From: Candidatus Margulisiibacteriota bacterium
GTDB taxonomy: Bacteria; Margulisbacteria; WOR-1; O2-12-FULL-45-9
Direction of reading: 5' to 3'
Length of the DNA stretch: 43,809 nucleotides
NCBI GenBank assembly: GCA_034723395.1
Contig: JAYEOW010000020.1
Location: 1 to 43,809, forward strand
Numbering within the stretch: the stretch's first letter is position 1; each line of letters begins with the position of its first letter. This document shows, in pieces, positions 8,770 through 17,902 of the stretch. The notes beneath the pieces were generated by a model. That model was not told the DNA's origin and ran no database searches. It was given only the letters and a program-made list of their open reading frames with translations. The position numbers were made by a program, and so were the translations under genes.

Positions 8770-9951
8770 TCACTCCTTCGCCCCGAGCCTGTCGAGGGGC
8801 TTCATTTCGATGAGAGAATTATAGACATTTTCAATTTCCTTTGCAACCATAACTGAAGAAAAACGCAGGTGGGAATCTTCAACCGCTTTCTGGGACAGCC
8901 CTTTCCTGAGCTGAGGATTTTTTAATAAGCGCAGGACGTGATCGATAAAAATGCCCTCTTTATGCGGGACAAGGTAGCCGTCGATCCCGCTTTCCACTAC
9001 GTCAGATACCCCCCCGCCGAAAACCGCAACTACGGGGAGCCCACAGGCCTTGGCCTCGGTTAAAACCAACCCCTGGGTTTCGGTAATTGAGGCGTAGACA
9101 AAAATATCAGAGGCAAAACAGTGGTCGATAACTTCGGAGTGAGCGATCTGCCCGGTAAAAATAATTTTATTACTGAGTTTTTTCCCCAGGGTTCGCAGTT
9201 CCTTTTCTTGCGGCCCTCCCCCAATCAATAATAGGTAAGTGTCTTGTTCCCGGGAGAGAATCTTCGCACAAGCATTAAGCAAAAAAGGGACATTTTTCTC
9301 CCTGGAGAGCCTCCCTGAATAGAGCAAAAGTTTAGCGTCCTCCGGCAGACGGTATTTTTTCCGGATAAGCATTCGCTGGGTCCCGGTCCCTTTACGCTCC
9401 CTTATCTTTTGTAGAACGATCCCCGTCGGGATAACCCGGATTGGACGTTTTACCCCCCTTAAAACAAGCAGACGCCTCACCATTTCAGACGGAACAATTA
9501 CCAGGTCTGTCTTTTGGCAGAAAGAGGTTAAATAAGCGGTTATTAAGGACTTGGCAATTCCTTGGGGGAGAAAAGGGACGTTATGTACATATCGCGAAAA
9601 GAGGGTGTGGAAGGAATAGACAAAGGGAATCTTCATTCTTCTGGCCAGCAATCTGGCTGCGGTCCCTACCCCGAATGGTTGGTGGGCATGGATAATATCG
9701 ATCTTTTTTTCCTTGAGCAGTTTAAAAGCTTTATGCGAGTATGGAAAAACAAAACGGTAACCAGGATAAGTGGCGGGAAGAGAAGGGAGGCGTAAGATTT
9801 GGGGATCGTGTTCTTTATGTCCCGGATATTTTGGCCCGACAATAAAAACGGTATGTCCACGGGCACGCAGCTCATCCTTTAATGTCTTGATCGAAAGGGT
9901 GATTCCAGAAAGATAAGGGAGGTAAGCGTTTGTGAAAAGGGCGACCTTCAT
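8770..9951 (-). CDS. GT4 family glycosyltransferase (1,2-diacylglycerol glucosyltransferase-like)
   Basis: MKVALFTNAYLP..SG, HAHQPF, GRLSREKN and ETQGLVLTEAKACGLPVV motifs. Confidence 0.9.
   Translation of the reverse strand: MKVALFTNAYLPYLSGITLSIKTLKDELRARGHTVFIVGPKYPGHKEHDPQILRLPSLPATYPGYRFVFPYSHKAFKLLKEKKIDIIHAHQPFGVGTAARLLARRMKIPFVYSFHTLFSRYVHNVPFLPQGIAKSLITAYLTSFCQKTDLVIVPSEMVRRLLVLRGVKRPIRVIPTGIVLQKIRERKGTGTQRMLIRKKYRLPEDAKLLLYSGRLSREKNVPFLLNACAKILSREQDTYLLLIGGGPQEKELRTLGKKLSNKIIFTGQIAHSEVIDHCFASDIFVYASITETQGLVLTEAKACGLPVVAVFGGGVSDVVESGIDGYLVPHKEGIFIDHVLRLLKNPQLRKGLSQKAVEDSHLRFSSVMVAKEIENVYNSLIEMKPLDRLGAKE
8780..8800 (-). repeat. Hairpin repeat GCCCCTCGACAGGCTCGGGGC (copy in the GT4 3' end, before the next gene's SD)
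   Basis: Exact reverse-complement match to the copies at 23575 and 24795; followed by GAAGGAG. Confidence 0.9.
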
Positions 9952-10931
9952 TATTTATTTTTTTTTGCAGACCTGCGCAGAGAGGCCTGGAATTCCATCT
10001 CTTTGCCATGTTCTTGCGCCGGGAAGCCGGAGATTACCGAGTTTGAAGGGAAATCTTTGGTAACGCCCGCCCGCGCCATTACGATGCTGTTTTCGCCAAT
10101 GGTATTATGCCCTTTAAAGCCGGCCTGCCCGGCGACATAGACGTGGTCCTTTAAGGTAACTGATCCGGCAAATCCAACCAAACTGACAATGGCGCAGTTT
10201 TTCCCAATCTTACAATTGTGTGCAATATGGGTAAGGCTGTCAATTTTAGTCCCGGCACCAATAATGGTTGGGCCGAGGGTCCCTCGAGAGATGCAAACAT
10301 TCGCATAAATCTCAACATCATCTTCTATAATTACGCTGCCAATTTGCAGAATTTTAATATGCTTTTCTGCTTGCGGCACAAAGCCGTATCCGTCAACCCC
10401 AATCCTTGCTCCGGAATGGACCACTACATTTTTACCGATTATTGAATTAGCATAGATGGAAACATTTGAATGAACCATGCAGTTGCTTCCTATCTTGGAA
10501 TTATCCCCGATATAAGAGTGGGGATAAACTTGGGTGCGGTTGCCAATAGATACGTTTTCGCCTAAAACGACGAAAGGGCCGAGATATACCTCTTTTCCAA
10601 TCTTGCATGACTTAGGAATAACCGCCGTTTTATGAATTTCCCTTCGCGCTGCTTTTTTTGGGGCGAACAGGGGTAATATTTTAGCCAACGCCAGGCGGGG
10701 ATTTTTAACCAATAAAGCGGGCTTATCTTTTGTCTTTGAGTGGCAGGCGGTGACAATAGCCGAAGCCTTTGAATTAATAGCTTGGTCCAGGAGCCTTTTT
10801 TCCATGACAAAAACGAGGCAGCCGGACTTGGCCTCTTCAGCCGGAGAGACCCCCTTGATGACAACCTCGCCATCACCGGAAACTTCACCTAAGGCTTGCT
10901 TGGCAAGATCTTTAAGTTTAAATTGGGGCAA
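9951..10931 (-). CDS. lpxD: UDP-3-O-(3-hydroxyacyl)glucosamine N-acyltransferase
   Basis: Hexapeptide repeats, GVDGYGF and KIDSLTHIAHNC; TTG start. Confidence 0.95.
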   Translation of the reverse strand: MPQFKLKDLAKQALGEVSGDGEVVIKGVSPAEEAKSGCLVFVMEKRLLDQAINSKASAIVTACHSKTKDKPALLVKNPRLALAKILPLFAPKKAARREIHKTAVIPKSCKIGKEVYLGPFVVLGENVSIGNRTQVYPHSYIGDNSKIGSNCMVHSNVSIYANSIIGKNVVVHSGARIGVDGYGFVPQAEKHIKILQIGSVIIEDDVEIYANVCISRGTLGPTIIGAGTKIDSLTHIAHNCKIGKNCAIVSLVGFAGSVTLKDHVYVAGQAGFKGHNTIGENSIVMARAGVTKDFPSNSVISGFPAQEHGKEMEFQASLRRSAKKNK

Positions 10932-10938
10932 GATTGCT

Positions 10939-11382
10939 TTACTTGTTTAGTTCGTTGATCACCATTTCGGAAAGGTCCATCCCGCCGGTGATAACAACTT
11001 GCTTGTCTAGAACTAAATCAATCCCCACTTTTTTAGCGACTTTTTCTACAGATTTCAGGATCTTTTGCTGCAACGAAACGGTAAGCCGTTCGTTTAGCCT
11101 TAGCAGCTCGTCCCGCTTCGGGGAGAGCTTCTTTTCGAAGTCTTTTTTCATTTTATCCAGTTCGTCGCGGGAATTCCCGTCTCTCTCTGCGGTTTGCAGT
11201 TTCTTCTGGCTCTCATCAAACATTTTTTTGAAAGCATCTTCTTTTTTGCTCAATTCTTCCTGAGCCTTTTTGGTATCCTTGTATTCCCTGAAAACCTTTT
11301 GGACATCAATGAACCCGGTGGCCGCGAATGCAGCCCCTCCCAAAAAGACAACGGTTAAAACTAATGCGATCAATTTTTTCAT
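10939..11382 (-). CDS. skp: OmpH/Skp periplasmic chaperone
   Basis: Signal peptide, GFIDVQKVF, coiled coil and DLVLDK...GGMDLSEMVI; adjacent to lpxD. Confidence 0.9.
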   Translation of the reverse strand: MKKLIALVLTVVFLGGAAFAATGFIDVQKVFREYKDTKKAQEELSKKEDAFKKMFDESQKKLQTAERDGNSRDELDKMKKDFEKKLSPKRDELLRLNERLTVSLQQKILKSVEKVAKKVGIDLVLDKQVVITGGMDLSEMVINELNK

Positions 11383-11398
11383 CAGAACACCCCCATAA

Positions 11399-13177
11399 TT
11401 AACAACTCCGATATTTTACCACACCCCTTTTACCGCGTCTATGGTTTTTCATATGGATCAAGAGGACGGAGAGGTCGGCGGGAGAGACCCCTGCAATCCT
11501 GGAAGCTTGGCCTATGGAGACCGGTTTTAATTTAGCAAGCTTATGTCGGGATTCGCGGGAAAGCCCGTGGAGATTGATAAAATCGATCCCCTTGGGGATC
11601 TTTTTGTCCTCGAGTTCCTTGAACCGTTCGATCTGTTTAAGCTGTCTTTTAATATAGCCGTCATATTTTTTTGAAATTTCGATCTGTTCTAAAACTTCGG
11701 CAGAAAGAGGATGTCCTTCTTCGATTGCCTGCTTCTTTTTTTCAAAAGCTTTGATGCGATCTTTTTTAATAAGCCCCAATTTATATCCTTTTTCAGTTAA
11801 GCGCAGGTCGGCATTGTCCTGTCTTAGCACCAGCCGGTATTCGGAGCGCGAAGTGAGCATGCGGTACGGTTCCTCAATATCCTTTGTGATCAGATCATCG
11901 ATCAGGGTCCCTATATAGGAATCGTCGCGGCCGAGGAAAAATGGTTTTTCTCCTTTCGCGTTTTGGGCAGCGTTGATCCCGGCAACAAGTCCCTGTCCGG
12001 CCGCCTCTTCATAACCGGAGGTCCCATTTATCTGTCCGGCGCAAAATAGTCCGGGAGTATCTTTGGCCTCCAGGGAGTGTTTTAATTGCGAGGAAGGGAC
12101 ATAATCATATTCTACGGCATAGCCAGGGCGAATTATTTCGACATTTTCCAGGCCGGGCATGGTGCGGAACATTGCCAGTTGGACGTCGGATGGAAGGCTG
12201 CTGTTCATCCCCTGGGCGTACATTTCGAGGGTGTCCCGGCCGGTCGGCTCGATAAAACACTGCTGCCGCTCTTTCTCCGGGAAGCGTACCACCTTATCTT
12301 CGATCGACGGGCAGTAACGCGGGCCGGTCCCTTTTATTTTTCCGCTGAAAAGAGGGGAGCGCTCGAGATTGTTTTTGATTATCACGTGGGTCTTTTTGTT
12401 GGTCCAGGTCAGGTGGCAGGGGACCTGCGGTAGAACGAGCTGTGGGTTTTCGGGGGCATCATATCCGTACTGTTTATATTCCCAAACGAAGGAGAACATC
12501 TTTGGCGGTTCATCTCCCGGCTGGAGCTTCATTTTAGAGAAATCGATCGAACGCTTGTTCAGCCTGGCCGGGGTGCCAGTCTTTAATCTTCCCAGCCGAA
12601 GCCCTAACGAAGCCAGGCTGTCGGATAATTCTTTTGCAGGGAACTCTCCGGCTCGCCCGCTCTCAGTATGTACCATCCCGGTGTGGATAATCCCCTTTAG
12701 AAATGTTCCGGTCGTAACGACGACCGACTTTCCGTCGTAGACGACCTCGAGCTTGGTCTTTACCCCGACAACCTTCCCTTTTTTTACGAGGACATCTTCA
12801 ACCATCCCTTCTTTCAGGTCGAGATTTTCCTGTTCCTCAAGAAATTTTTTCATTGTCCGATGGTACTGTTTTCGGTCGGATTGTGCACGAAGTGCCTGGA
12901 CCGCGGGCCCCCTGTTAGTGTTAAGCATCTTCATTTGGAGGAAGGTAAGGTCGGTGGCAATCCCGATCTGTCCGCCGAGAGCGTCGATCTCGCGGATCAG
13001 CTGGCTTTTTGCCGGCCCCCCCATGGCGGGGTTGCACGGCATAAAGGCAATCGTGTCTATATTTATGGTAAGGAGCAGGGTTTGGCAGCCAAGACGAGCA
13101 GAGGCGAGCGCCGCTTCGATCCCCGCATGCCCGGCGCCAATAACGATAACTTCATATTTTTTTGGAAACTTATTCAT
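11399..13177 (-). CDS. mnmG: tRNA uridine-5-carboxymethylaminomethyl(34) synthesis enzyme MnmG/GidA
   Basis: [28 protein letters not shown] and [13 protein letters not shown] motifs. Confidence 0.97.
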   Translation of the reverse strand: MNKFPKKYEVIVIGAGHAGIEAALASARLGCQTLLLTINIDTIAFMPCNPAMGGPAKSQLIREIDALGGQIGIATDLTFLQMKMLNTNRGPAVQALRAQSDRKQYHRTMKKFLEEQENLDLKEGMVEDVLVKKGKVVGVKTKLEVVYDGKSVVVTTGTFLKGIIHTGMVHTESGRAGEFPAKELSDSLASLGLRLGRLKTGTPARLNKRSIDFSKMKLQPGDEPPKMFSFVWEYKQYGYDAPENPQLVLPQVPCHLTWTNKKTHVIIKNNLERSPLFSGKIKGTGPRYCPSIEDKVVRFPEKERQQCFIEPTGRDTLEMYAQGMNSSLPSDVQLAMFRTMPGLENVEIIRPGYAVEYDYVPSSQLKHSLEAKDTPGLFCAGQINGTSGYEEAAGQGLVAGINAAQNAKGEKPFFLGRDDSYIGTLIDDLITKDIEEPYRMLTSRSEYRLVLRQDNADLRLTEKGYKLGLIKKDRIKAFEKKKQAIEEGHPLSAEVLEQIEISKKYDGYIKRQLKQIERFKELEDKKIPKGIDFINLHGLSRESRHKLAKLKPVSIGQASRIAGVSPADLSVLLIHMKNHRRGKRGVVKYRSC

Positions 13178-13189
13178 GGGAGGGGTTCC

Positions 13190-14233
13190 TTAGCCTCTAA
13201 CGTCTCTTACTACAAAAACAATTCCTATCGTATCTCCGACTATTTTATCGCGCAGTAAGTTAGCATTTATCAAAGCGGGGATATGTTGGCCCAGCGGGTC
13301 GACCAGGTCTACTTCATAGCGTAAGATCTCTTTCTCCTCGACGACAACTTCATCATAAAGCTGATCATATTTTTGCCGGCTCTTGAACAGGGAGGAGAAG
13401 GGGTGTCCGACACAGCTTTTTTCCGGGTCGCAAAAAAGCTTGTCTGCCTCCTCGTTCATAAAGAGGATGTTCCCTTCGAAGTCGGTTGCTAAAAGGGCAT
13501 CGGGCATGGTTTCGATGATCACGTCCGCGGCGATAGAGGGGGAGACGGCAAAGAGACTATATCGCCGCATTGCATAGTAGATGAAGGCCATCATGAAGGC
13601 GACATCAAAGACTGCCGTAGGAAAAACCGCCCGGTATCCCATCGTAAGAGGTAGGAAAAGATCGGCAACTGCGCCGATTGACGATGCGATCAAGCTGCCG
13701 GAGGCGATAAGCAGCGCCTGGACTTTTTCGGTTTTTTGAGCGGTCTGCCGGCTAAAACGGAAAAGGGTAATAACTCCGATAGCCGAATAAATTAAAATGT
13801 TTAGAGCGAAAAGCCAATAAAGCGGCGCGGGCTGGTTGATTATCCCGATCGAAGAAATCTCATAACGGGTATACATCAAATTGGTAAAGATAAAAAGGGA
13901 GGAAATCATAGCCGGCGGAAGATAAAAGAGTCCAAAGTTTAGCCGGTTTTTAAGAAACCTGTCCTTTTTAGCAAAAACAAAGCTGAAATGAGCAAACATG
14001 GGAAAGACAATTGCCCAGAGTGAAGAGGATAGCCGATTAATATTCCGGGCTAATTCCAAAGTGAAGGCGATCCTTAATGAATATTCTAGGATTGAAGCCA
14101 GGAAGGCGACCAAGGCGAGTATGGCGAAAAATCGCGCGACTCTATTGTCATAATGCCGGGTAAAGATCTGAAAACAGAGCAATAGGATAAACAGCGAAGC
14201 CGCTAGTTCAAAATACGGGAAGAGTATTGACAT
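13190..14233 (-). CDS. 7TM (HisKA_7TM-like) membrane sensor with a C-terminal PAS domain and no output domain
   Basis: About seven hydrophobic segments, then IIETMPDALLATDFEGNILFMN...VFVVRDV (PAS/PAC) and a stop codon. Confidence 0.8.
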   Translation of the reverse strand: MSILFPYFELAASLFILLLCFQIFTRHYDNRVARFFAILALVAFLASILEYSLRIAFTLELARNINRLSSSLWAIVFPMFAHFSFVFAKKDRFLKNRLNFGLFYLPPAMISSLFIFTNLMYTRYEISSIGIINQPAPLYWLFALNILIYSAIGVITLFRFSRQTAQKTEKVQALLIASGSLIASSIGAVADLFLPLTMGYRAVFPTAVFDVAFMMAFIYYAMRRYSLFAVSPSIAADVIIETMPDALLATDFEGNILFMNEEADKLFCDPEKSCVGHPFSSLFKSRQKYDQLYDEVVVEEKEILRYEVDLVDPLGQHIPALINANLLRDKIVGDTIGIVFVVRDVRG

Positions 14234-14254
14234 TTAGCGGAATTATAGTATATT
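14227..14254 (+). promoter_or_regulatory. Putative sigma70 promoter of the pyrH operon
   Basis: TTGACA-N16-TATATT upstream of the GGAAAGGA SD and the ATG at 14277. Confidence 0.5.
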
Positions 14255-14276
14255 TCAAAGGAAAGGACAAGTCTAC

Positions 14277-15014
14277 ATGGCACGACATAAGCGCATCCTC
14301 CTTAAACTCTCCGGCGAAGTTTTTGGCGGTAAGCAAAAATACGGGATAGACCTCGAAATTCTGCAGGTTTTAGCGCAGGAGATAAAAAGTATCCGCAAGC
14401 TCGGGACCGATATTGCGATCGTGGTTGGTGGAGGGAATATTTTTCGCGGGGTATCTGGAGCGGTAAAAGGAGTTGATCGGGCGACCGGGGATTACATGGG
14501 AATGCTGGCAACCGTAATAAACTCTCTGGCGCTGCAAGATTCGTTAGAAAAGATCAGCGTTCCATCAAGAGTTCAAACCGCGATCGAGATGCGCTCAATT
14601 GCCGAGCCTTTTATTCGCCGCCGCGCGATCCGCCATATGGAAAAAGGGCGGGTGGTAATTTTGGCGGCAGGGACAGGGAACCCCTATTTTTCGACCGATA
14701 CTACCGCCGCGCTGCGCGCCGCGGAGCTTGATATTGAGGTCATTTTAAAAGCGACAAAAGTTGGCGGAGTTTATGACAAAGATCCGATGACGCATAAGGA
14801 CGCGAAAAAGTTTAAGAAGATTACGCATATGCACCTGATTCGGAGAAGATTAAAGGTTATGGACACAACCGCGGCCTCGTTATGTATGGAGAATAAAATT
14901 CCAATTATTGTGTTGGACCTGACCAAACCGGGAAACATCAAAAAAGCAGTTTTAGGAAAAGATGTGGGGACATTGGTGGCGGTTGAAGCCCCCCGACAGG
15001 CTCGGGCTAAATAA
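14277..15014 (+). CDS. pyrH: Uridylate kinase
   Basis: [25 protein letters not shown] and GNPYFSTDT motifs. Confidence 0.98.
   Translation: MARHKRILLKLSGEVFGGKQKYGIDLEILQVLAQEIKSIRKLGTDIAIVVGGGNIFRGVSGAVKGVDRATGDYMGMLATVINSLALQDSLEKISVPSRVQTAIEMRSIAEPFIRRRAIRHMEKGRVVILAAGTGNPYFSTDTTAALRAAELDIEVILKATKVGGVYDKDPMTHKDAKKFKKITHMHLIRRRLKVMDTTAASLCMENKIPIIVLDLTKPGNIKKAVLGKDVGTLVAVEAPRQARAK
14988..15007 (+). repeat. Degenerate hairpin repeat GCCCCCCGACAGGCTCGGGC in the pyrH 3' end, before the frr SD
   Basis: Two differences from the consensus; encodes APRQARA; followed by TAAATAAGGAGG. Confidence 0.8.
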
Positions 15015-15026
15015 GGAGGACAAATT

Positions 15027-15581
15027 ATGCAAGATGTATTAAAAGAGAGCCAGGACAAGATGCAGAAAGCGGTCGAGACACAGAAGAAGAACTTTGCGGC
15101 AGTAAGAACAGGAAGGGCCAGCCCAGCTTTGTTGGATCATATAAATGTTAGCTATTATGGCGCCGATGTTTCGTTAAAACAACTGGCGACAATTTCCGTT
15201 CCCGATCCGCGCATGCTGATGATTACCCCGTTTGACAAGAATTCAGCGGCGGACATCGAGAAAGCAATTTTAAAATCAGATTTGGGAGTTAACCCCTCGC
15301 GCGATAGCGGGGTGATCCGCCTGAGGTTGCCGGAGCCGTCTGAAGAGAGAAGGAAAGACCTGGTAAAGGTTATTAAGAAAGAGGCCGAAGAAGGGAAGGT
15401 GGCGATCCGGAACGTTCGCCGTGATGCGATCGAAAACCTCAAAAAGAAAAAAAGCGCAAAAGAGATTACCGAAGACGACGAAAAAACATTGGACAAAAAG
15501 GTCCAAGACCTAACCAATAAATTTACGGCGGAGATAGGCAAGTTATTGGCGGAAAAAGAAAAAGAGATCATGGAGGTCTGA
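15027..15581 (+). CDS. frr: Ribosome recycling factor
   Basis: RTGRASP, EERRKDLVK and KVAIRNVRRD motifs. Confidence 0.98.
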   Translation: MQDVLKESQDKMQKAVETQKKNFAAVRTGRASPALLDHINVSYYGADVSLKQLATISVPDPRMLMITPFDKNSAADIEKAILKSDLGVNPSRDSGVIRLRLPEPSEERRKDLVKVIKKEAEEGKVAIRNVRRDAIENLKKKKSAKEITEDDEKTLDKKVQDLTNKFTAEIGKLLAEKEKEIMEV

Positions 15582-15582
15582 T

Positions 15583-16293
15583 CTGAGCTCCAATAAAATT
15601 CCTCAACACATTGCTGTTATCATGGACGGAAACGGGCGCTGGGCCAAAGAGCGCGACCTTCCCCGAACTGCCGGACATCGCGAAGGCGGGGCGTCGCTTC
15701 GCGCCGTCCTGCGCGCTTGCGCTGAGATGGGGGTCAAATATCTCTCGGTCTACGCTTTTTCAACCGAAAACTGGCTGCGCCCAAAAAAAGAGGTGACATT
15801 TCTGATGAACCTTTTCTCGATGACGATTGACCGCGAGCTAAAGGATATGAAGAGTGAAAAAGTGAGAGTGAGGTTTTTAGGAAGGCTTTCAGGGTTCCCC
15901 CCCGCCTTACGGAAGAAAATGGGGCGGGCGATGGAGAGGACAAAATACGCCAAAGGGATTACTATGAATGTAATGGTGAATTATGGCGGCCGGGCGGAGA
16001 TTGTCGATGCGGTCAAAGAAATAGTTAAAGAGGGGAAAAAAAATATAACTGAGGAGATGATCGGTAAACATCTTTATACCAGGGAAATGCCGGATCCAGA
16101 CCTTTTAATCCGTACCGCTTCGGAGATGAGGGTTTCAAACTTTTTGCTCTGGCAGATCGCTTATGCTGAATTGTATATAACTCCGGTTTATTGGCCCGAC
16201 TTTAGGGAGAAGGAGCTAATGAAAGCAATTGATGCCTACCAGAAAAGGACAAGAAAGTTTGGTAAAACGGCGGAGCAGATAAATGCTAACTAG
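15583..16293 (+). CDS. uppS: Undecaprenyl diphosphate synthase (probable CTG start)
   Basis: The conserved IPQHIAVIMDGNGRWA begins upstream of ATG 15622. GGAGG (15572-15576) lies 6 nt before an in-frame CTG at 15583. YAFSTENW and DLLIRT..E.R.SNFLLWQ motifs follow. Confidence 0.93.
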   Translation: MSSNKIPQHIAVIMDGNGRWAKERDLPRTAGHREGGASLRAVLRACAEMGVKYLSVYAFSTENWLRPKKEVTFLMNLFSMTIDRELKDMKSEKVRVRFLGRLSGFPPALRKKMGRAMERTKYAKGITMNVMVNYGGRAEIVDAVKEIVKEGKKNITEEMIGKHLYTREMPDPDLLIRTASEMRVSNFLLWQIAYAELYITPVYWPDFREKELMKAIDAYQKRTRKFGKTAEQINAN

Positions 16294-17086
16294 GGTATTA
16301 ACCGCTATTGTTTCAGCTCCCATTTTAGTCGCCTGTGTATATTTGGGGGGGCTAGCTTTTCTCATCTCCATCTTGTTGGTGGCGCTTATTTCGCTAAATG
16401 AATTCTATAATATGATGAAGGTGAAGGACTTTCACCCCGCCTACTGGGTGGGGAATTTCTTCGTCGTCTTTTTTATTATTTTTGCTTATTATTCGTTAAA
16501 GAAAAGTTGGGAACCGGCGCATTCGGCGATCCTGACCGGCGCAGCCCTGGCGACGTTAATTGCCACTCTCTTTTTAAAGCAGCGGCCGAAAGAAGCGATC
16601 ATCGACACAGCAGTGACTTTGCTGGGGATGATCTATATCGGCTGGTTTTTTAGCTACTTCATTTTTATCCGCGCCCTGACCGAGCGCGGCGCATACCTTC
16701 TCTTTTTAATGGGGACGATCTGGGCGCTGGATGTAGTCGCCTATCTGTTTGGAACAAAATTTGGAAAGCACAAGCTTTGGCCCTCGGTTTCTCCCAAAAA
16801 GACGATCGAAGGGGCGGTTGCCGGATTTGCCTTTTGTTTGCTTGCCGCCAGTATATTTGGCTACTATGCCGGATTTAATATGGTTCATTCAATAATCCTC
16901 GGGGCAATAATTGGGGTGGTCGCGCAGCTAAGTGACTTGATCGAATCGCTGATCAAAAGAGACGCCGGCGTTAAAGATTCGTCTACGTTAGTTCCGGGCC
17001 ATGGGGGAGTTTTAGACCGAATGGACAGCTTTATCCTCGCCGGGCCGGTATTTTACTACTATTTAGTATGGGTAATGTTAAGGTGA
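16283..17086 (+). CDS. cdsA: Phosphatidate cytidylyltransferase
   Basis: SPKKTIEG and DLIESLIKRDAGVKDS..VPGHGGVLDRMDS motifs. Confidence 0.97.
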   Translation: MLTRVLTAIVSAPILVACVYLGGLAFLISILLVALISLNEFYNMMKVKDFHPAYWVGNFFVVFFIIFAYYSLKKSWEPAHSAILTGAALATLIATLFLKQRPKEAIIDTAVTLLGMIYIGWFFSYFIFIRALTERGAYLLFLMGTIWALDVVAYLFGTKFGKHKLWPSVSPKKTIEGAVAGFAFCLLAASIFGYYAGFNMVHSIILGAIIGVVAQLSDLIESLIKRDAGVKDSSTLVPGHGGVLDRMDSFILAGPVFYYYLVWVMLR

Positions 17087-17892
17087 GGAAAATTGTCAGA
17101 GAAGCATTGCGGGAAGATGTTGGAGCGGGAGATATCACTACTCGTAGTATCGTAGTTAGTAGTGTGGTGGTGCAGGCGGTTATTCGGGCGAAAGAGGCAG
17201 GAGTGATTGCCGGGCTTCCGGCAGCGAAGGAAGTTTTTAGGCAAATTGATCGCAAGATAAAATTTGTTCCCAAAGTTAAAGATGGAGCAAAAGTTAAACG
17301 CGGGAAAATAATTGCGACGGTTTCCGGCCCAGCGCGGGGGATTTTAACCGGGGAGCGAGTCGCGCTTAATTTTCTGCAAAGACTCTCCGGGATAGCGACC
17401 TTGACTAATCAGTTTGTTAAGAAAGGCAAAAAAGCAAAAATTCTCGATACCAGAAAAACCACCCCAGGCCTGCGTGCGCTCGAAAAGTATGCGGTTAAAA
17501 TGGGCGGCGGGGTCAATCACCGCTTCGGTTTATATGATGCGGTTTTAATTAAAGATAATCATATTGATCTTGCAGGTGGAATTGATAAGGCGATTGTGGC
17601 TGCAAAGCTTGCTTTGTCTCGTAAGGAGATCGAAGTTGAGGCAAAGACGACCGCACAGGTTAAAAAGTCTATGTCTGTGGGCGCGGATAGGATTCTGCTA
17701 GATAATATGAGCCTGAAAAACCTTCGCAAGGCGGTTAAGCTATGTAAGAAAGCAAAAGTAAAAACCGAAGCTTCGGGCGGAGTAAGTTTAAAGACCGTTT
17801 CAAAAATTGCGGCCACCGGCGTGGATGCCATATCTGTTGGGGCACTCACGCATTCGGCGAGAGCTTTAGATATCAGCCTAGATATAGTATAA
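17068..17892 (+). CDS. nadC: Nicotinate-nucleotide diphosphorylase (carboxylating)
   Basis: ERVALNFLQRLSGIAT, DTRKTTPG, HRFGLYDAVLIKDNH and EASGG motifs. Confidence 0.97.
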   Translation: MGNVKVRKIVREALREDVGAGDITTRSIVVSSVVVQAVIRAKEAGVIAGLPAAKEVFRQIDRKIKFVPKVKDGAKVKRGKIIATVSGPARGILTGERVALNFLQRLSGIATLTNQFVKKGKKAKILDTRKTTPGLRALEKYAVKMGGGVNHRFGLYDAVLIKDNHIDLAGGIDKAIVAAKLALSRKEIEVEAKTTAQVKKSMSVGADRILLDNMSLKNLRKAVKLCKKAKVKTEASGGVSLKTVSKIAATGVDAISVGALTHSARALDISLDIV

Positions 17893-17902
17893 TGCCTAAA
17901 TC

